Shown: positions 1-10,150, numbered from the stretch's first letter. The stretch is DNA of 64,000 bases from Halarcobacter sp. (GCA_048571215.1 CP182352.1:2560001-2624000), one strand, 5' to 3'. Numbers and translations are program-made. The notes: generated by a model not told the origin, from the sequence alone.

Positions 1-215
1 TCTTTAATTTTCCAATCATAACTATAACTTTTTTCAAAATTATTAAATACTGTTGTTCCCAAATGATTATGTTCAATATTTTTATTTTTTATATCAACTA
101 AATAACCAATTCTATCAGAATTTAGAACTTTATACTTTGGAATATCAGGTCTAGTTACCACACAACCAGTAAATATAATAAAACATAAAAACATTAGAAA
201 TATACTTCTTTTCAT
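1..215 (-). CDS. Putative lipoprotein, partial (runs off the left edge; not in the ORF track)
   Basis: ATG at 215 with an AAGGAAG SD. Reads MKRSIFLMFLCFIIFTGCVVTRPDIPKY..., open to the window edge, with an FTGC lipobox. Confidence 0.8.
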   Translation of the reverse strand, partial: MKRSIFLMFLCFIIFTGCVVTRPDIPKYKVLNSDRIGYLVDIKNKNIEHNHLGTTVFNNFEKSYSYDWKIK

Positions 216-240
216 TCTCTTCCTTTATTTAATAGCTAAA

Positions 241-277
241 ATAAAAGGGGACATAAAAGGGGACAGGCACCTTTTTT
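241..277 (+). repeat. Tandem 12-bp repeat ATAAAAGGGGAC x2 followed by AGGCACCTTTTTT (REP-like end motif)
   Basis: Exact copies at 241-252 and 253-264. GC-rich patch in AT-rich intergenic DNA about 100 bp upstream of the RAYT-like transposase. Confidence 0.75.
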
Positions 278-377
278 ATTTTTCTATTATCTAAAATTCA
301 ATATGAAACAAATTTAGTTTAATAATATATTAAATTATATAAATATACTATTATAATAAACTTTCTAAAGATTTATT

Positions 378-1147
378 ATGCCAAGAATTGCTAGAAATTT
401 AGCTGATGAACAAATTTATCATATTATAAATAGAGGTAATAGAAGAGATACTATATTTCATGATAGTTTTGATTATGAAAGATTTTTAAAACTTCTTTTA
501 GATGCTAAGGTTAAATATCAAATCAAAATTTTTGCTTATTGTTTAATGCCTAATCATTATCATCTTGTTATATATACTCCCATTGGAGAAAATCTATCAC
601 TAGCTATGCATTTTATTAATTCTAGTTTTGTAAGGTATTATAATAAAAAGTACAAATTATCTGGTCATCTATGGCAAGGTAGATACAAAAGTTTTATTGT
701 ACAAAAGGAAGAGTATTTATTAACACTATTAAGATATGTAGAAGCAAATCCTCTAAGAGCTAAGATAGTTAAGGATTGTATAGATTATAAATATTCATCT
801 GCAAATAAAAGGGTTAACAACATAAACAATCCAATACTTGATGATATACCAATTATACTACCTAATAATTGGCACAATTTTATTAATGACAATGAAAAAA
901 AATTGATTTAGATTACATAAGAAATTCAATAGAAAGACAATCTCCTTTAGGAGATGAAAACTGGCAATACATGATATGTAAAAGGTATGGTTTAGAATTT
1001 ACTATTAGACCAAGGGGAAGACCTAAAATAAAAGAAAATTTTGAATATGAAATTTTAGAAGAGGATGAAGATATTTTAATTGAATTTAAATATAAACAAG
1101 GAACAACTTTAAATGTAGATTTTAATGATAGCAATTGCCAAGGTTAA
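378..1147 (+). pseudogene. REP-associated tyrosine transposase (RAYT)/IS200-like Y1 HUH transposase, frameshifted at an A8 run (895-902)
   Basis: Motifs YHIINRGN, MPNHYHL (HUH), GHLWQGRYKS and RYVEANP...YKYSS. The ORF stops at 911, but the -1 frame continues IDLDYIRNSIERQSPLGDENW...FTIRPRGRPK to TAA at 1145-1147. Confidence 0.85.
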
Positions 1148-2196
1148 TCCTTCAAGCTATCAAGTTTTCCTTGAATAAATTTTTTTACTACCTTATAATC
1201 AATAGTTTCTCTAAAATCTTCAAAATAACATCCACTAGCATTTGGATGTCCTCCACCATTTGCTAGTTTTTGGGCTATTAAAGATACATCAACTTTTCCA
1301 TCTGCTCTAAAGGAAGTACTACCTTTTTTCCCAACATCGATAAAAAAATCATAATCCTTATTCTCTTGTAAAAAAGCATTTGCAGGGATAGAAATAGAAC
1401 CTAAAGTATAAGTTAATAATCCCTTGTGACCTTTATAAATCACTGTTAAATCATCTTTTAATTTTTCCAAAGATTTCACTAGGTATTTAGCACTAAGATT
1501 ATCAATTGTGTCGTCTACTCCATCTTGATTTAAAAACTCTTTTTTTAATCTATGGATATCGTTATCAAGTTTGATGTTTCCATTTTCCAAGTGTACATAT
1601 AAAGATGCTTTTTTCAATAAATATAATCTAAAATCTCTATTTAAATCTGCAAATAAGATATTATTTACTTCCCTTACACGACTAACCATACTCAATAAAA
1701 CTTTTCCAAATTCAAAGTTTTTGACTTGATCATCAAGCCATATATCAATGGCATTAACAGAGTCAATTAAAGGTTTCAACCAAGAGCTAGTTTGGCAATC
1801 AAAACCTTCATAATCCTCAAACATATAATCATATGTGATTTTAGCTGCACATCTTGTAGTATCTAAATAATACCAATCATACTTCAAAGCACTTTTTTCA
1901 CCTGTAGCATGATGATCTAAAAGCTGAAGCTTAATATCATAACCCTCTTCTTTTAATTTATTAATATTGTTATTTAAATCTTTTGATTCATTTATAGTAA
2001 GGTTCAAGTCAGTAATTAAAAAAAATATCTCTTTACCCTTATACTCTTTTATAGACTCTAATATTTTTTTTAAGTTCTGTTTTACTTCAAGACCATAGTT
2101 TGCATTATAAAAAGATCCCTCTTTAAAAAACTCTTTTGTGATAAGTTGACAACTATATCCATCTAAATCAGTATGAGATAAATGAAAAAACTTCAT
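1144..2196 (-). CDS. DHH/DHHA1-family phosphoesterase (NrnB-like oligoribonuclease)
   Basis: Motifs SHTDLDG, ITDL, LLDHH and GGGHPNASG. Confidence 0.85.
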   Translation of the reverse strand: MKFFHLSHTDLDGYSCQLITKEFFKEGSFYNANYGLEVKQNLKKILESIKEYKGKEIFFLITDLNLTINESKDLNNNINKLKEEGYDIKLQLLDHHATGEKSALKYDWYYLDTTRCAAKITYDYMFEDYEGFDCQTSSWLKPLIDSVNAIDIWLDDQVKNFEFGKVLLSMVSRVREVNNILFADLNRDFRLYLLKKASLYVHLENGNIKLDNDIHRLKKEFLNQDGVDDTIDNLSAKYLVKSLEKLKDDLTVIYKGHKGLLTYTLGSISIPANAFLQENKDYDFFIDVGKKGSTSFRADGKVDVSLIAQKLANGGGHPNASGCYFEDFRETIDYKVVKKFIQGKLDSLKD

Positions 2197-2594
2197 GAAG
2201 AGATATCCTTAAGAGTTAAACCACTTAAGAACATATTTATTTTATTTTGAAGATTGTTTAATAAAGGCCAAATATTACAAGCACCAGCTAAGTCAGATGG
2301 ACAAGATGATATAGAAGGTGAACATTCAAATACTGAAGGCATCTTCTCTTCTGCTACTGTAGTTATCTCTAAAATGGTAAGTTCATCGTAAGGTCTTTTT
2401 AAAACAAAGCCCCCATTAACTCCCCTATGAGAAACCACAATATCATGTTTTGCTAGGTTTTGCATAATTTTTGCTAAAAAAGACTTAGGTATATTTAATT
2501 CACGAGAAAGTACATCAACATTTTTTGGTGAATCACTTTTCGCTATTGATATCAATGACAACAGTGCGTATTCGCTTTTTTTTGTAAGTAACAT
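2193..2594 (-). CDS. Rrf2-family transcriptional regulator
   Basis: EYAL...FLAKIMQNL...SHRGVNGGFVL winged helix and three C-terminal Cys. Confidence 0.9.
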   Translation of the reverse strand: MLLTKKSEYALLSLISIAKSDSPKNVDVLSRELNIPKSFLAKIMQNLAKHDIVVSHRGVNGGFVLKRPYDELTILEITTVAEEKMPSVFECSPSISSCPSDLAGACNIWPLLNNLQNKINMFLSGLTLKDISS

Positions 2595-2688
2595 CTATAT
2601 CCCAATCTTAATTTCTTTTTATTCTACACAAAGAATTATTAATATTAATTATTATTTGCGATTAATTTTCTTTTTTTTAGTTTAATTT

Positions 2689-2726
2689 AAAAAAAAAGGT
2701 TGCAAGAATTAACTTGCAACCTTTTT
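2689..2726 (-). terminator. Intrinsic terminator of rpsO
   Basis: AGGTTGCAAG-aattaa-CTTGCAACCT stem with a T-tract on the minus strand. Confidence 0.85.
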
Positions 2727-2747
2727 ACTGCAAAAATAAAACTAAAA

Positions 2748-3020
2748 TTATTTAGCTCTAATTCCTAAATCTGCAACTAATGAAGTAAATTTAGTATAGT
2801 CAGTTTTTCTTAGGTATTTAAGAAGTCTTTTTCTTTTACCAACCATTTTTAAAAGACCTAATCTTGATGAGTGGTCTTTTTTATTTATTTTTAAGTGTTC
2901 AGTTAATACTTTTATTTGCTGTGTTAAAATAGCAATTTGTACCTCTGCTGAACCTGTATCACCTTCGCTTCTTCTGTATTTTGCAATAATATCTGCTTTT
3001 ACGTCCTGATCTAAAGCCAT
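2748..3020 (-). CDS. rpsO: 30S ribosomal protein S15
   Basis: [10 protein letters not shown] and [28 protein letters not shown]. Confidence 0.98.
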   Translation of the reverse strand: MALDQDVKADIIAKYRRSEGDTGSAEVQIAILTQQIKVLTEHLKINKKDHSSRLGLLKMVGKRKRLLKYLRKTDYTKFTSLVADLGIRAK

Positions 3021-3149
3021 AATGACCTCCTAATAGGTATATAATCTCACTTGTTAAAGTGGACGCGTATTATACTTGAAGTAAAATTAATATTTAATTA
3101 AGATAATTGATTATTTTTGATAAAATCAAAATAAAAAGAAAATATTTAG

Positions 3150-3938
3150 ATGAAAATAATAAATTTTAAAAACATATATGTAAGTTATGATGTAAAACCT
3201 GTCTTAGAAAACATCAATTTAGAGATAAATACTGGCGAACATTGGGTCATTTTAGGTGCAAATGGTAGTGGTAAATCAACCCTAATGAAACTTTTTTCAA
3301 ACGACTTATATCCAAATACTAAATATAAATTCCAAAAAGAGATTTTTGGACAATCTAGACATTCAATCTTTGAGCTAAAAAAGAATTTAGGAATAATTAC
3401 AAACAATTTACACAACTACTTTGAGAACCATGGAAATTTCCTTACAACTTATGAAGTTATAATTAGTGGTTATTATAGCTCTATTGGTGTATTTAAGCAT
3501 CAGGATTTTACAAAAGAACAACATGAAAAAACTTTAGAGGTTTTAGAATTTCTTGAATTATTAGATATAAAAGACAAAAAAGTTTGTCATATGAGTACAG
3601 GACAACTTAGAAAATCTATAATTGGACGTGCCCTCATTCATAACCCAAAAGCCTTTATACTTGATGAACCTACAGTGGGACTCGATATAAAAGCTCAAAA
3701 TAACTTTTTAAATCTACTTAGAAAACTTTCAAAAAAAGCCTCAATTATTTTAGTAACACACCATATAGAAGAGATTTTTGATGAGATATCTCATGTAGCA
3801 CTTATATATAATAATACAATCCATAAACAAGGTTTAAAAAAAGAGATTTTAAACTCAAAAAATCTTAGTGAGATTTTTGAACTTGATTTAACAATAAATG
3901 AAAGCAACTCTAGATACTTTATTAAAAGTATAAAATAA
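3150..3938 (+). CDS. ABC transporter ATP-binding protein (ModF-like, orphan)
   Basis: Walker A GANGSGKS, MSTGQ signature, ILDEP, VTHH. Confidence 0.9.
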   Translation: MKIINFKNIYVSYDVKPVLENINLEINTGEHWVILGANGSGKSTLMKLFSNDLYPNTKYKFQKEIFGQSRHSIFELKKNLGIITNNLHNYFENHGNFLTTYEVIISGYYSSIGVFKHQDFTKEQHEKTLEVLEFLELLDIKDKKVCHMSTGQLRKSIIGRALIHNPKAFILDEPTVGLDIKAQNNFLNLLRKLSKKASIILVTHHIEEIFDEISHVALIYNNTIHKQGLKKEILNSKNLSEIFELDLTINESNSRYFIKSIK

Positions 3939-4029
3939 AATCTAACTTTTTTACAAAGACTTGATGTTTATAAAAAAATATGTTACAATTTATTTATTTT
4001 TAATCTAAATTAAAGAAAAGGAGTTTATT

Positions 4030-4674
4030 ATGTCTATAGTTCCAGAAATTTTACGAAATCCTAATAATTCTATTTTTAATTTAGAAGAAGCAGAAATTTA
4101 CTCTTTTAAAGAAGCTCATGAGTTAATAGCTCTAGGGAAATACTCATATTCACTTTTTGCATTATGGAATAGTGTAGTGATAAATATCCAAAGAAGAATT
4201 GAAAACTTTGGAATAGAAAACTTAAAAAATATTATAAAACAAAGTGAATACTACAATGCAGACGGTAATAGCTTAAAAGATAGATGGTTAAATATAAATG
4301 AGTTTAACCTAATAGATTATGCATTGAAACTTGCAATAATAAACCATTCAACCCATGATTTGATAAGCACTTTATATTGGATGAAATCAAATACCAATAT
4401 AGAAGAGATTAAAGAGATTAATGAAGAAGAGATTTATTCTTTACTTTATTTAATAGAAAAAAATCTTTTTTTAAAAAAGTTTAAATCAGATAAAAGATTT
4501 AATACTATTTCAAAAGAGTCAGAAAAAGAATATAAAAGAAGAAAAGATGATAAAGAAAAAATAGTTTCAACTTTATCAAATACCCACCAAGAACTTTTAC
4601 TTAAAAGTTCATCAAAACTATTTAATCAAGATAAAAACCTTGAAGAAGAACATCTTTTAAGCAAATATATCTAA
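4030..4674 (+). CDS. Hypothetical protein (possible degenerate HEPN-like fold)
   Basis: 214-aa ORF with an AGGAG SD. The fold guess rests only on the helical pattern. Confidence 0.7.
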   Translation: MSIVPEILRNPNNSIFNLEEAEIYSFKEAHELIALGKYSYSLFALWNSVVINIQRRIENFGIENLKNIIKQSEYYNADGNSLKDRWLNINEFNLIDYALKLAIINHSTHDLISTLYWMKSNTNIEEIKEINEEEIYSLLYLIEKNLFLKKFKSDKRFNTISKESEKEYKRRKDDKEKIVSTLSNTHQELLLKSSSKLFNQDKNLEEEHLLSKYI

Positions 4675-4737
4675 TAATTAATGGTTTTACTTATAAAATT
4701 TTGATATAAATAAACTTTTAAATAAAAAAGGCAATCA

Positions 4738-5553
4738 ATGCAAACATATATTTTAGAAAAAGGGTTTATTTATAAACTTTTTATGCTTACAGCTTTTTCA
4801 CTTTTTGCTCTTGTTATGTATCAAGGCTATGTAAAAGGTGAAACTATTTATTCAATTTTATTTTTTGGCTCAATCTCATTGTGTGCCTTTCAAATTGCAT
4901 CTATTTTTTATGTAATTTTTGTACAAAGAAGAGTTGAATTAACAATAGATGATGAAAATATCTCATGGAAAATCTACGATAATAAAAAGCTCTATAAAGA
5001 AAATAGCATCCAAAAAAATAAAATAAAAGAGATAAAAACAGAGATAAACTACCTTATGGGAAATATATATTCAAACTTTACTGTTACTTTTATATTAGAT
5101 GATGATAGTGAAGATATTTTAACAGATGGGCTTATTTATGATTTTACCCTCAAAAAAGCTGAAGATTTATGTAGGTTTCTTTTAAAAAATAAACTTGGTC
5201 ATGAACAAGATGTTAAGTTTTCGACTTTAGTTGAAGAGCTTAATATTGATCTTACAAAGGAGCAAGTTTTTAGTAAAAAAGCTGGTAAATCTTATTTTGT
5301 TGGTCTTATCTCAAAAAATAAAAAAGAGTTCTTATCTTTAAGACTTCAAATTGAAAACCTATATCCTAACTATAAAGTAATAGAAAAAAATGCAAATAAT
5401 GAATATCTAATAAAGTCAGATGAGATTAAAGATAGCTATATATACCTAAGGTCAAATGCTATTGGATATTTTGTAGAGTTTTACAATGTATCAAAAAAAG
5501 AGGAATTAAAAAGCTTAAAACAGATGGGGGAAAAAGAAAAAATAGGTTTTTAA
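4738..5553 (+). CDS. Hypothetical membrane protein (2 N-terminal TM helices)
   Basis: Two hydrophobic segments followed by a soluble domain. AAGG SD. Confidence 0.75.
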   Translation: MQTYILEKGFIYKLFMLTAFSLFALVMYQGYVKGETIYSILFFGSISLCAFQIASIFYVIFVQRRVELTIDDENISWKIYDNKKLYKENSIQKNKIKEIKTEINYLMGNIYSNFTVTFILDDDSEDILTDGLIYDFTLKKAEDLCRFLLKNKLGHEQDVKFSTLVEELNIDLTKEQVFSKKAGKSYFVGLISKNKKEFLSLRLQIENLYPNYKVIEKNANNEYLIKSDEIKDSYIYLRSNAIGYFVEFYNVSKKEELKSLKQMGEKEKIGF

Positions 5554-5555
5554 CC

Positions 5556-6885
5556 GAGACCGTTCAAAAATCTGTGTCAAGTCACCTAAAGTAACAAATC
5601 CATACTTGTTACAACTCTAAATAATTATCCAATCTCCCTTCGAAAAATATAGCAAGTTGGGAGATTGTTAAACTCCAATTATGCACTGGCTGAGTCCATT
5701 TTACTTTTGCATTTAATATTCCCATATACAACAATTTTAAAAGTGAATTCTCATTAGGGAAAGCTCCTTTTGTTTTGGTTAATTTTCTAAATTGCCTATG
5801 TACAGATTCAATAATATTTGTAGTGTACATAATCTTTCTTATCTCTTTTGGATATTTAAAATAATAAGATAAATTCTCCCATTTATTTTGCCAAGATTGA
5901 AGTACTATGGGATATCTTTTCCCCCATTTTTCATCTAGTTTTAAAAGCTCATCTTCTGCAAGTTCTTTTGTTGTTGCTTGATAAACAAGTTTTAAATCTC
6001 TCATAAACTCTTTTTGGTCTTTAGAAGCTACATACTTCAATGAATTACGAATTTGATGTACAACACAAAGTTGTACTTCGGTATTTGGATATATTGTTTT
6101 AATAGCTTCAGGAAAGCCTTTAAGACCATCTACTGATGCAATTAGTATATCTTCTAATCCTCTATTATTTAAATCAGTAAGAACACTAAGCCAGAAGTTT
6201 GCTCCTTCACTTTGGGATAAATATAATCCTAATATATCTTTTTTACCATCAATTCCCATCCCTAAAACTGTGTAAACTGCTTTACTCACATACTTCCCAC
6301 CATCTTTTATTTTATAATGTATCGCATCAAGCCATACAAATGGATAAATAGCTTCTAAAGGTCTACTTTGCCAAGCTTTTACCTTATCTATAATTTTATC
6401 TGTAATAGTGCTTATTGTTGCACTTGATAATTGTATTTGATATATCTCTTCAATATGTTTTATAATATCTCTATAGCTTAATCCTAAGCCATACATAGAT
6501 AATATCTTTTCTTCTATTTCATTAGACATTGTTGTTTGGTTTTTCTTTACAAGTTGTGGTTCAAAAGAACCTGTTCTATCTCTTGGAGTATTCAATTCAA
6601 AGGAACCACTTGTTGATTTTATTGTTTTAGAGCTTTTACCATTCTTTCTATTTTTATTTCCTGCAAATACATCTTGAGTTATATGAGAATCTAATTCTGC
6701 TTCTAAAGCAGCTTCAACTAATTGTTTTACTAATGGAGCAAGTACTCCATCTTTACCATTGATATTTTTACCTGCAAGTAAATCTTGTACAGCTTCATTA
6801 AAATCAAATTGTTTTTTCTTTTCCATCTATATCAATCCTTATAATATTTATTATATCAGACTGACACAGATTTTCTAACACTCCC
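5556..6885 (-). mobile_element. IS256-family insertion sequence, copy 1 (1330 bp)
   Basis: Imperfect 24-bp IRs (GAGACCGTTCAAAAATCTGTGTCA / GGGAGTGTTAGAAAATCTGTGTCA). 8-bp TSD TTTTAACC at 5548-5555 and 6886-6893. Confidence 0.97.
5609..6826 (-). CDS. IS256-family (Mutator-like) DDE transposase, intact
   Basis: PRDRTGSFEP, WLDAIHYK, VDGLKGF, QLCVVHQIRN, YTTNIIES. Confidence 0.97.
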   Translation of the reverse strand: MEKKKQFDFNEAVQDLLAGKNINGKDGVLAPLVKQLVEAALEAELDSHITQDVFAGNKNRKNGKSSKTIKSTSGSFELNTPRDRTGSFEPQLVKKNQTTMSNEIEEKILSMYGLGLSYRDIIKHIEEIYQIQLSSATISTITDKIIDKVKAWQSRPLEAIYPFVWLDAIHYKIKDGGKYVSKAVYTVLGMGIDGKKDILGLYLSQSEGANFWLSVLTDLNNRGLEDILIASVDGLKGFPEAIKTIYPNTEVQLCVVHQIRNSLKYVASKDQKEFMRDLKLVYQATTKELAEDELLKLDEKWGKRYPIVLQSWQNKWENLSYYFKYPKEIRKIMYTTNIIESVHRQFRKLTKTKGAFPNENSLLKLLYMGILNAKVKWTQPVHNWSLTISQLAIFFEGRLDNYLEL

Positions 6886-6887
6886 TT

Positions 6888-7856
6888 TTAACCACCTGTT
6901 TCATAAAAAGCTCTATTTGAAACCTCATCTTCTGAAAGCTCAGACCATCTATTTTTTTCAGGTTTGTTTTTTAATACATCTTTCAAAATTAAAGAAGCTT
7001 TCTTAATATCTTGATTTTGAATAGCCTCTTTTATACTTTGAGAATCTTCATAATACAAACAAGGGATTAAAACCCCACTTGCAGTAAGTCTAATTCGGTT
7101 GCAACTAGCACAAAAATCATCTTTGTGTGGTTCAATTATTCCAAAAACATATCCATCATCTAATTTATAATCCTGAGAGGGTGAACTACCTACTCTTTCT
7201 TGTTTTGTAAAGTTATACTTTGATTTTATAACTTTTTGAATCTCTTGACTATCTAAACCCTTTGCCATATTTGATGCATGAGTGTTTTCCATTAGTTCAA
7301 TAAATCTAATAGGGAACCCTTTTTCTTTACAAAACTCTAAAATCTCTATTAGTTCAGTATCATTTACACCTTTTATAGGAACACAATTTATTTTTATTTT
7401 AAGTCCAACCCTTGAAGCCTCTTCAATCCCCTTTAAAACTTGTTTTAAAACATCTTTTTGTGCAACTTTTTGTGCAACTTCTGGTTTAAGTGAATCAAGA
7501 GATACATTTATCCTTTTTAAGCCTGCATCTTTTAATTTTTGTGCACAAGAAGGAAGTAGATATCCATTTGTAGTTAAAGCTAAATCAATATCATCTTTAT
7601 AGCTTGAAATCATTCTTATAAAATTATCTAAGCCCTCTCTTAAAAGTGGTTCACCACCTGTGACTCTAACTTTTTTAATACCCTCATCAATACAAACTTT
7701 TACAAACTCAAAAAGCTCTTCATATGTCAATAATTCCTCTTTTGGAACCCAAGAAAATGGTTTTTCCGGCATACAATATTGGCATCTAAAGTTACATCGT
7801 TCTGTAACAGAAACCCTTAAATAATCAACTTTTCTACCAAAACCATCTATTAACAT
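6888..7856 (-). CDS. moaA: GTP 3',8-cyclase (molybdenum cofactor biosynthesis)
   Basis: [28 protein letters not shown]...PCL, C-terminal GG. Confidence 0.97.
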   Translation of the reverse strand: MLIDGFGRKVDYLRVSVTERCNFRCQYCMPEKPFSWVPKEELLTYEELFEFVKVCIDEGIKKVRVTGGEPLLREGLDNFIRMISSYKDDIDLALTTNGYLLPSCAQKLKDAGLKRINVSLDSLKPEVAQKVAQKDVLKQVLKGIEEASRVGLKIKINCVPIKGVNDTELIEILEFCKEKGFPIRFIELMENTHASNMAKGLDSQEIQKVIKSKYNFTKQERVGSSPSQDYKLDDGYVFGIIEPHKDDFCASCNRIRLTASGVLIPCLYYEDSQSIKEAIQNQDIKKASLILKDVLKNKPEKNRWSELSEDEVSNRAFYETGG

Positions 7857-8017
7857 AAATCCTACCTATAAAAAATTTTGTTAGCATATTATAAAAAAGC
7901 TTAAATAAAATAGAGTATTGATTTATAATTTAAAAGTTAAATTTTATTTACCAATTAATTTCCATCTTAAAATTTATAAATATTTATTTTGCTATACTTC
8001 CGTAAAAAAGATAATTT

Positions 8018-8746
8018 ATGAAAAATGTATATTTAACAGGTGCAGGACCTGGAGATATTGAACTACTTACAATAAAAGCTTTAAAGGTTATACAAAAAGC
8101 TGACGTAATTATCTACGATAGACTTGCAAATCCAGAGATTCTAAATGAAGCAAAAAAAGATGTTGAACTTATCTTTGTAGGAAAAGAAAAAGGTAATCAT
8201 AAAGTACCCCAAGATGAGATAAATGAGATAATCTACCAATCCTCTTTAAAATATAAAACAGTTGTAAGACTAAAAGGTGGTGATCCTTTTGTATTTGGTA
8301 GGGGTGGAGAAGAAGCCTTGTATCTGCAACAAAGAGGAATTAAGTTTGAGATTATTCCTGGTATCACCTCAGCTATTTCAGTTCCTGCATATGCAGGTAT
8401 TCCCGTAACCCATAGGGATATTACACCCTCATTTAGAGTTGTAACTGGACATAGAAAGAGTAGTGATAATATTGCTAAAATCAATTGGCAATCGTTTATT
8501 GAAAATGAAACAATTATATTCTTAATGGGTCTTCATAATATTGAACTAATAGTAACTAATCTTTTAAAAATTGGTAAAACAAAAGAGTATCCTTGTGCCA
8601 TAATCTCAAATGGAACTACAAAAAAACAAAAAATTATAGTTGGAACTCTTGAAAATATAATAGAAAAATCAAAGGAGATGACAAGTCCAGCAATCATCAT
8701 TGTAGGTGAAGTTGTAAATTTAAGAGAAAAATTAAAATGGTTTTAA
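8018..8746 (+). CDS. cobA: Uroporphyrinogen-III C-methyltransferase
   Basis: GAGPGD, VVRLKGGDPFVFGRGGEE, PGITSA, GIPVTHR. Confidence 0.95.
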   Translation: MKNVYLTGAGPGDIELLTIKALKVIQKADVIIYDRLANPEILNEAKKDVELIFVGKEKGNHKVPQDEINEIIYQSSLKYKTVVRLKGGDPFVFGRGGEEALYLQQRGIKFEIIPGITSAISVPAYAGIPVTHRDITPSFRVVTGHRKSSDNIAKINWQSFIENETIIFLMGLHNIELIVTNLLKIGKTKEYPCAIISNGTTKKQKIIVGTLENIIEKSKEMTSPAIIIVGEVVNLREKLKWF

Positions 8747-8821
8747 AACCTACATTATAAGTGGTTCAGGTTTCCCAAAATAAAAACCTTGAGAATAATC
8801 TATACCTACATCTTTTACATA

Positions 8822-10150
8822 GAGACCGTTCAAAAATCTGTGTCAAGTCACCTAAAGTAACAAATCCATACTTGTTACAACTCTAAATAATTATCCAATC
8901 TCCCTTCGAAAAATATAGCAAGTTGGGAGATTGTTAAACTCCAATTATGCACTGGCTGAGTCCATTTTACTTTTGCATTTAATATTCCCATATACAACAA
9001 TTTTAAAAGTGAATTCTCATTAGGGAAAGCTCCTTTTGTTTTGGTTAATTTTCTAAATTGCCTATGTACAGATTCAATAATATTTGTAGTGTACATAATC
9101 TTTCTTATCTCTTTTGGATATTTAAAATAATAAGATAAATTCTCCCATTTATTTTGCCAAGATTGAAGTACTATGGGATATCTTTTCCCCATTTTTCATC
9201 TAGTTTTAAAAGCTCATCTTCTGCAAGTTCTTTTGTTGTTGCTTGATAAACAAGTTTTAAATCTCTCATAAACTCTTTTTGGTCTTTAGAAGCTACATAC
9301 TTCAATGAATTACGAATTTGATGTACAACACAAAGTTGTACTTCGGTATTTGGATATATTGTTTTAATAGCTTCAGGAAAGCCTTTAAGACCATCTACTG
9401 ATGCAATTAGTATATCTTCTAATCCTCTATTATTTAAATCAGTAAGAACACTAAGCCAGAAGTTTGCTCCTTCACTTTGGGATAAATATAATCCTAATAT
9501 ATCTTTTTTACCATCAATTCCCATCCCTAAAACTGTGTAAACTGCTTTACTCACATACTTCCCACCATCTTTTATTTTATAATGTATCGCATCAAGCCAT
9601 ACAAATGGATAAATAGCTTCTAAAGGTCTACTTTGCCAAGCTTTTACCTTATCTATAATTTTATCTGTAATAGTGCTTATTGTTGCACTTGATAATTGTA
9701 TTTGATATATCTCTTCAATATGTTTTATAATATCTCTATAGCTTAATCCTAAGCCATACATAGATAATATCTTTTCTTCTATTTCATTAGACATTGTTGT
9801 TTGGTTTTTCTTTACAAGTTGTGGTTCAAAAGAACCTGTTCTATCTCTTGGAGTATTCAATTCAAAGGAACCACTTGTTGATTTTATTGTTTTAGAGCTT
9901 TTACCATTCTTTCTATTTTTATTTCCTGCAAATACATCTTGAGTTATATGAGAATCTAATTCTGCTTCTAAAGCAGCTTCAACTAATTGTTTTACTAATG
10001 GAGCAAGTACTCCATCTTTACCATTGATATTTTTACCTGCAAGTAAATCTTGTACAGCTTCATTAAAATCAAATTGTTTTTTCTTTTCCATCTATATCAA
10101 TCCTTATAATATTTATTATATCAGACTGACACAGATTTTCTAACACTCCC
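8822..10150 (-). mobile_element. IS256-family insertion sequence, copy 2 (1329 bp)
   Basis: Same IRs as copy 1. 8-bp TSD TTTACATA at 8814-8821 and 10151-10158. Confidence 0.97.
8875..10091 (-). pseudogene. IS256 transposase, frameshifted by a 1-bp deletion
   Basis: C4 at 9187-9190 versus C5 at 5921-5925 in copy 1. Gives 306-aa and 105-aa ORFs matching the two parts of the copy 1 protein. Confidence 0.9.

Noticed and set aside
241..277. CRISPR array
   Set aside because: Only two adjacent 12-bp units, with no spacers and no cas genes.
913..1134. Short antisense ORFs in the track (e.g. 913-1134, 7282-7602, 34053-34286, 61730-62176, 63733-63942)
   Set aside because: They are shadows of well-supported genes on the opposite strand, or alternative-frame overlaps, with no recognisable motifs.
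3961..3974. FNR-like boxes TTGAT-N4-ATAAA (also near 4701)
   Set aside because: One-mismatch matches are expected by chance in very AT-rich DNA, and the spacing does not fit class II activation.
5575..5580. Outward TTGACA in the IS end forming a hybrid promoter
   Set aside because: No properly spaced -10 in the flank of either copy, and it points antisense into the ends of the neighbouring genes.
9171..9192. Programmed frameshift in IS256 copy 2
   Set aside because: Copy 1 is a single intact ORF. The difference is a 1-bp homopolymer loss (mutation or sequencing error).
5556..10150. Composite transposon that delivered moaA-cobA
   Set aside because: Each IS has its own matching TSD and the outer flanks differ (TTTTAACC vs TTTACATA), so these are separate insertions into resident DNA.
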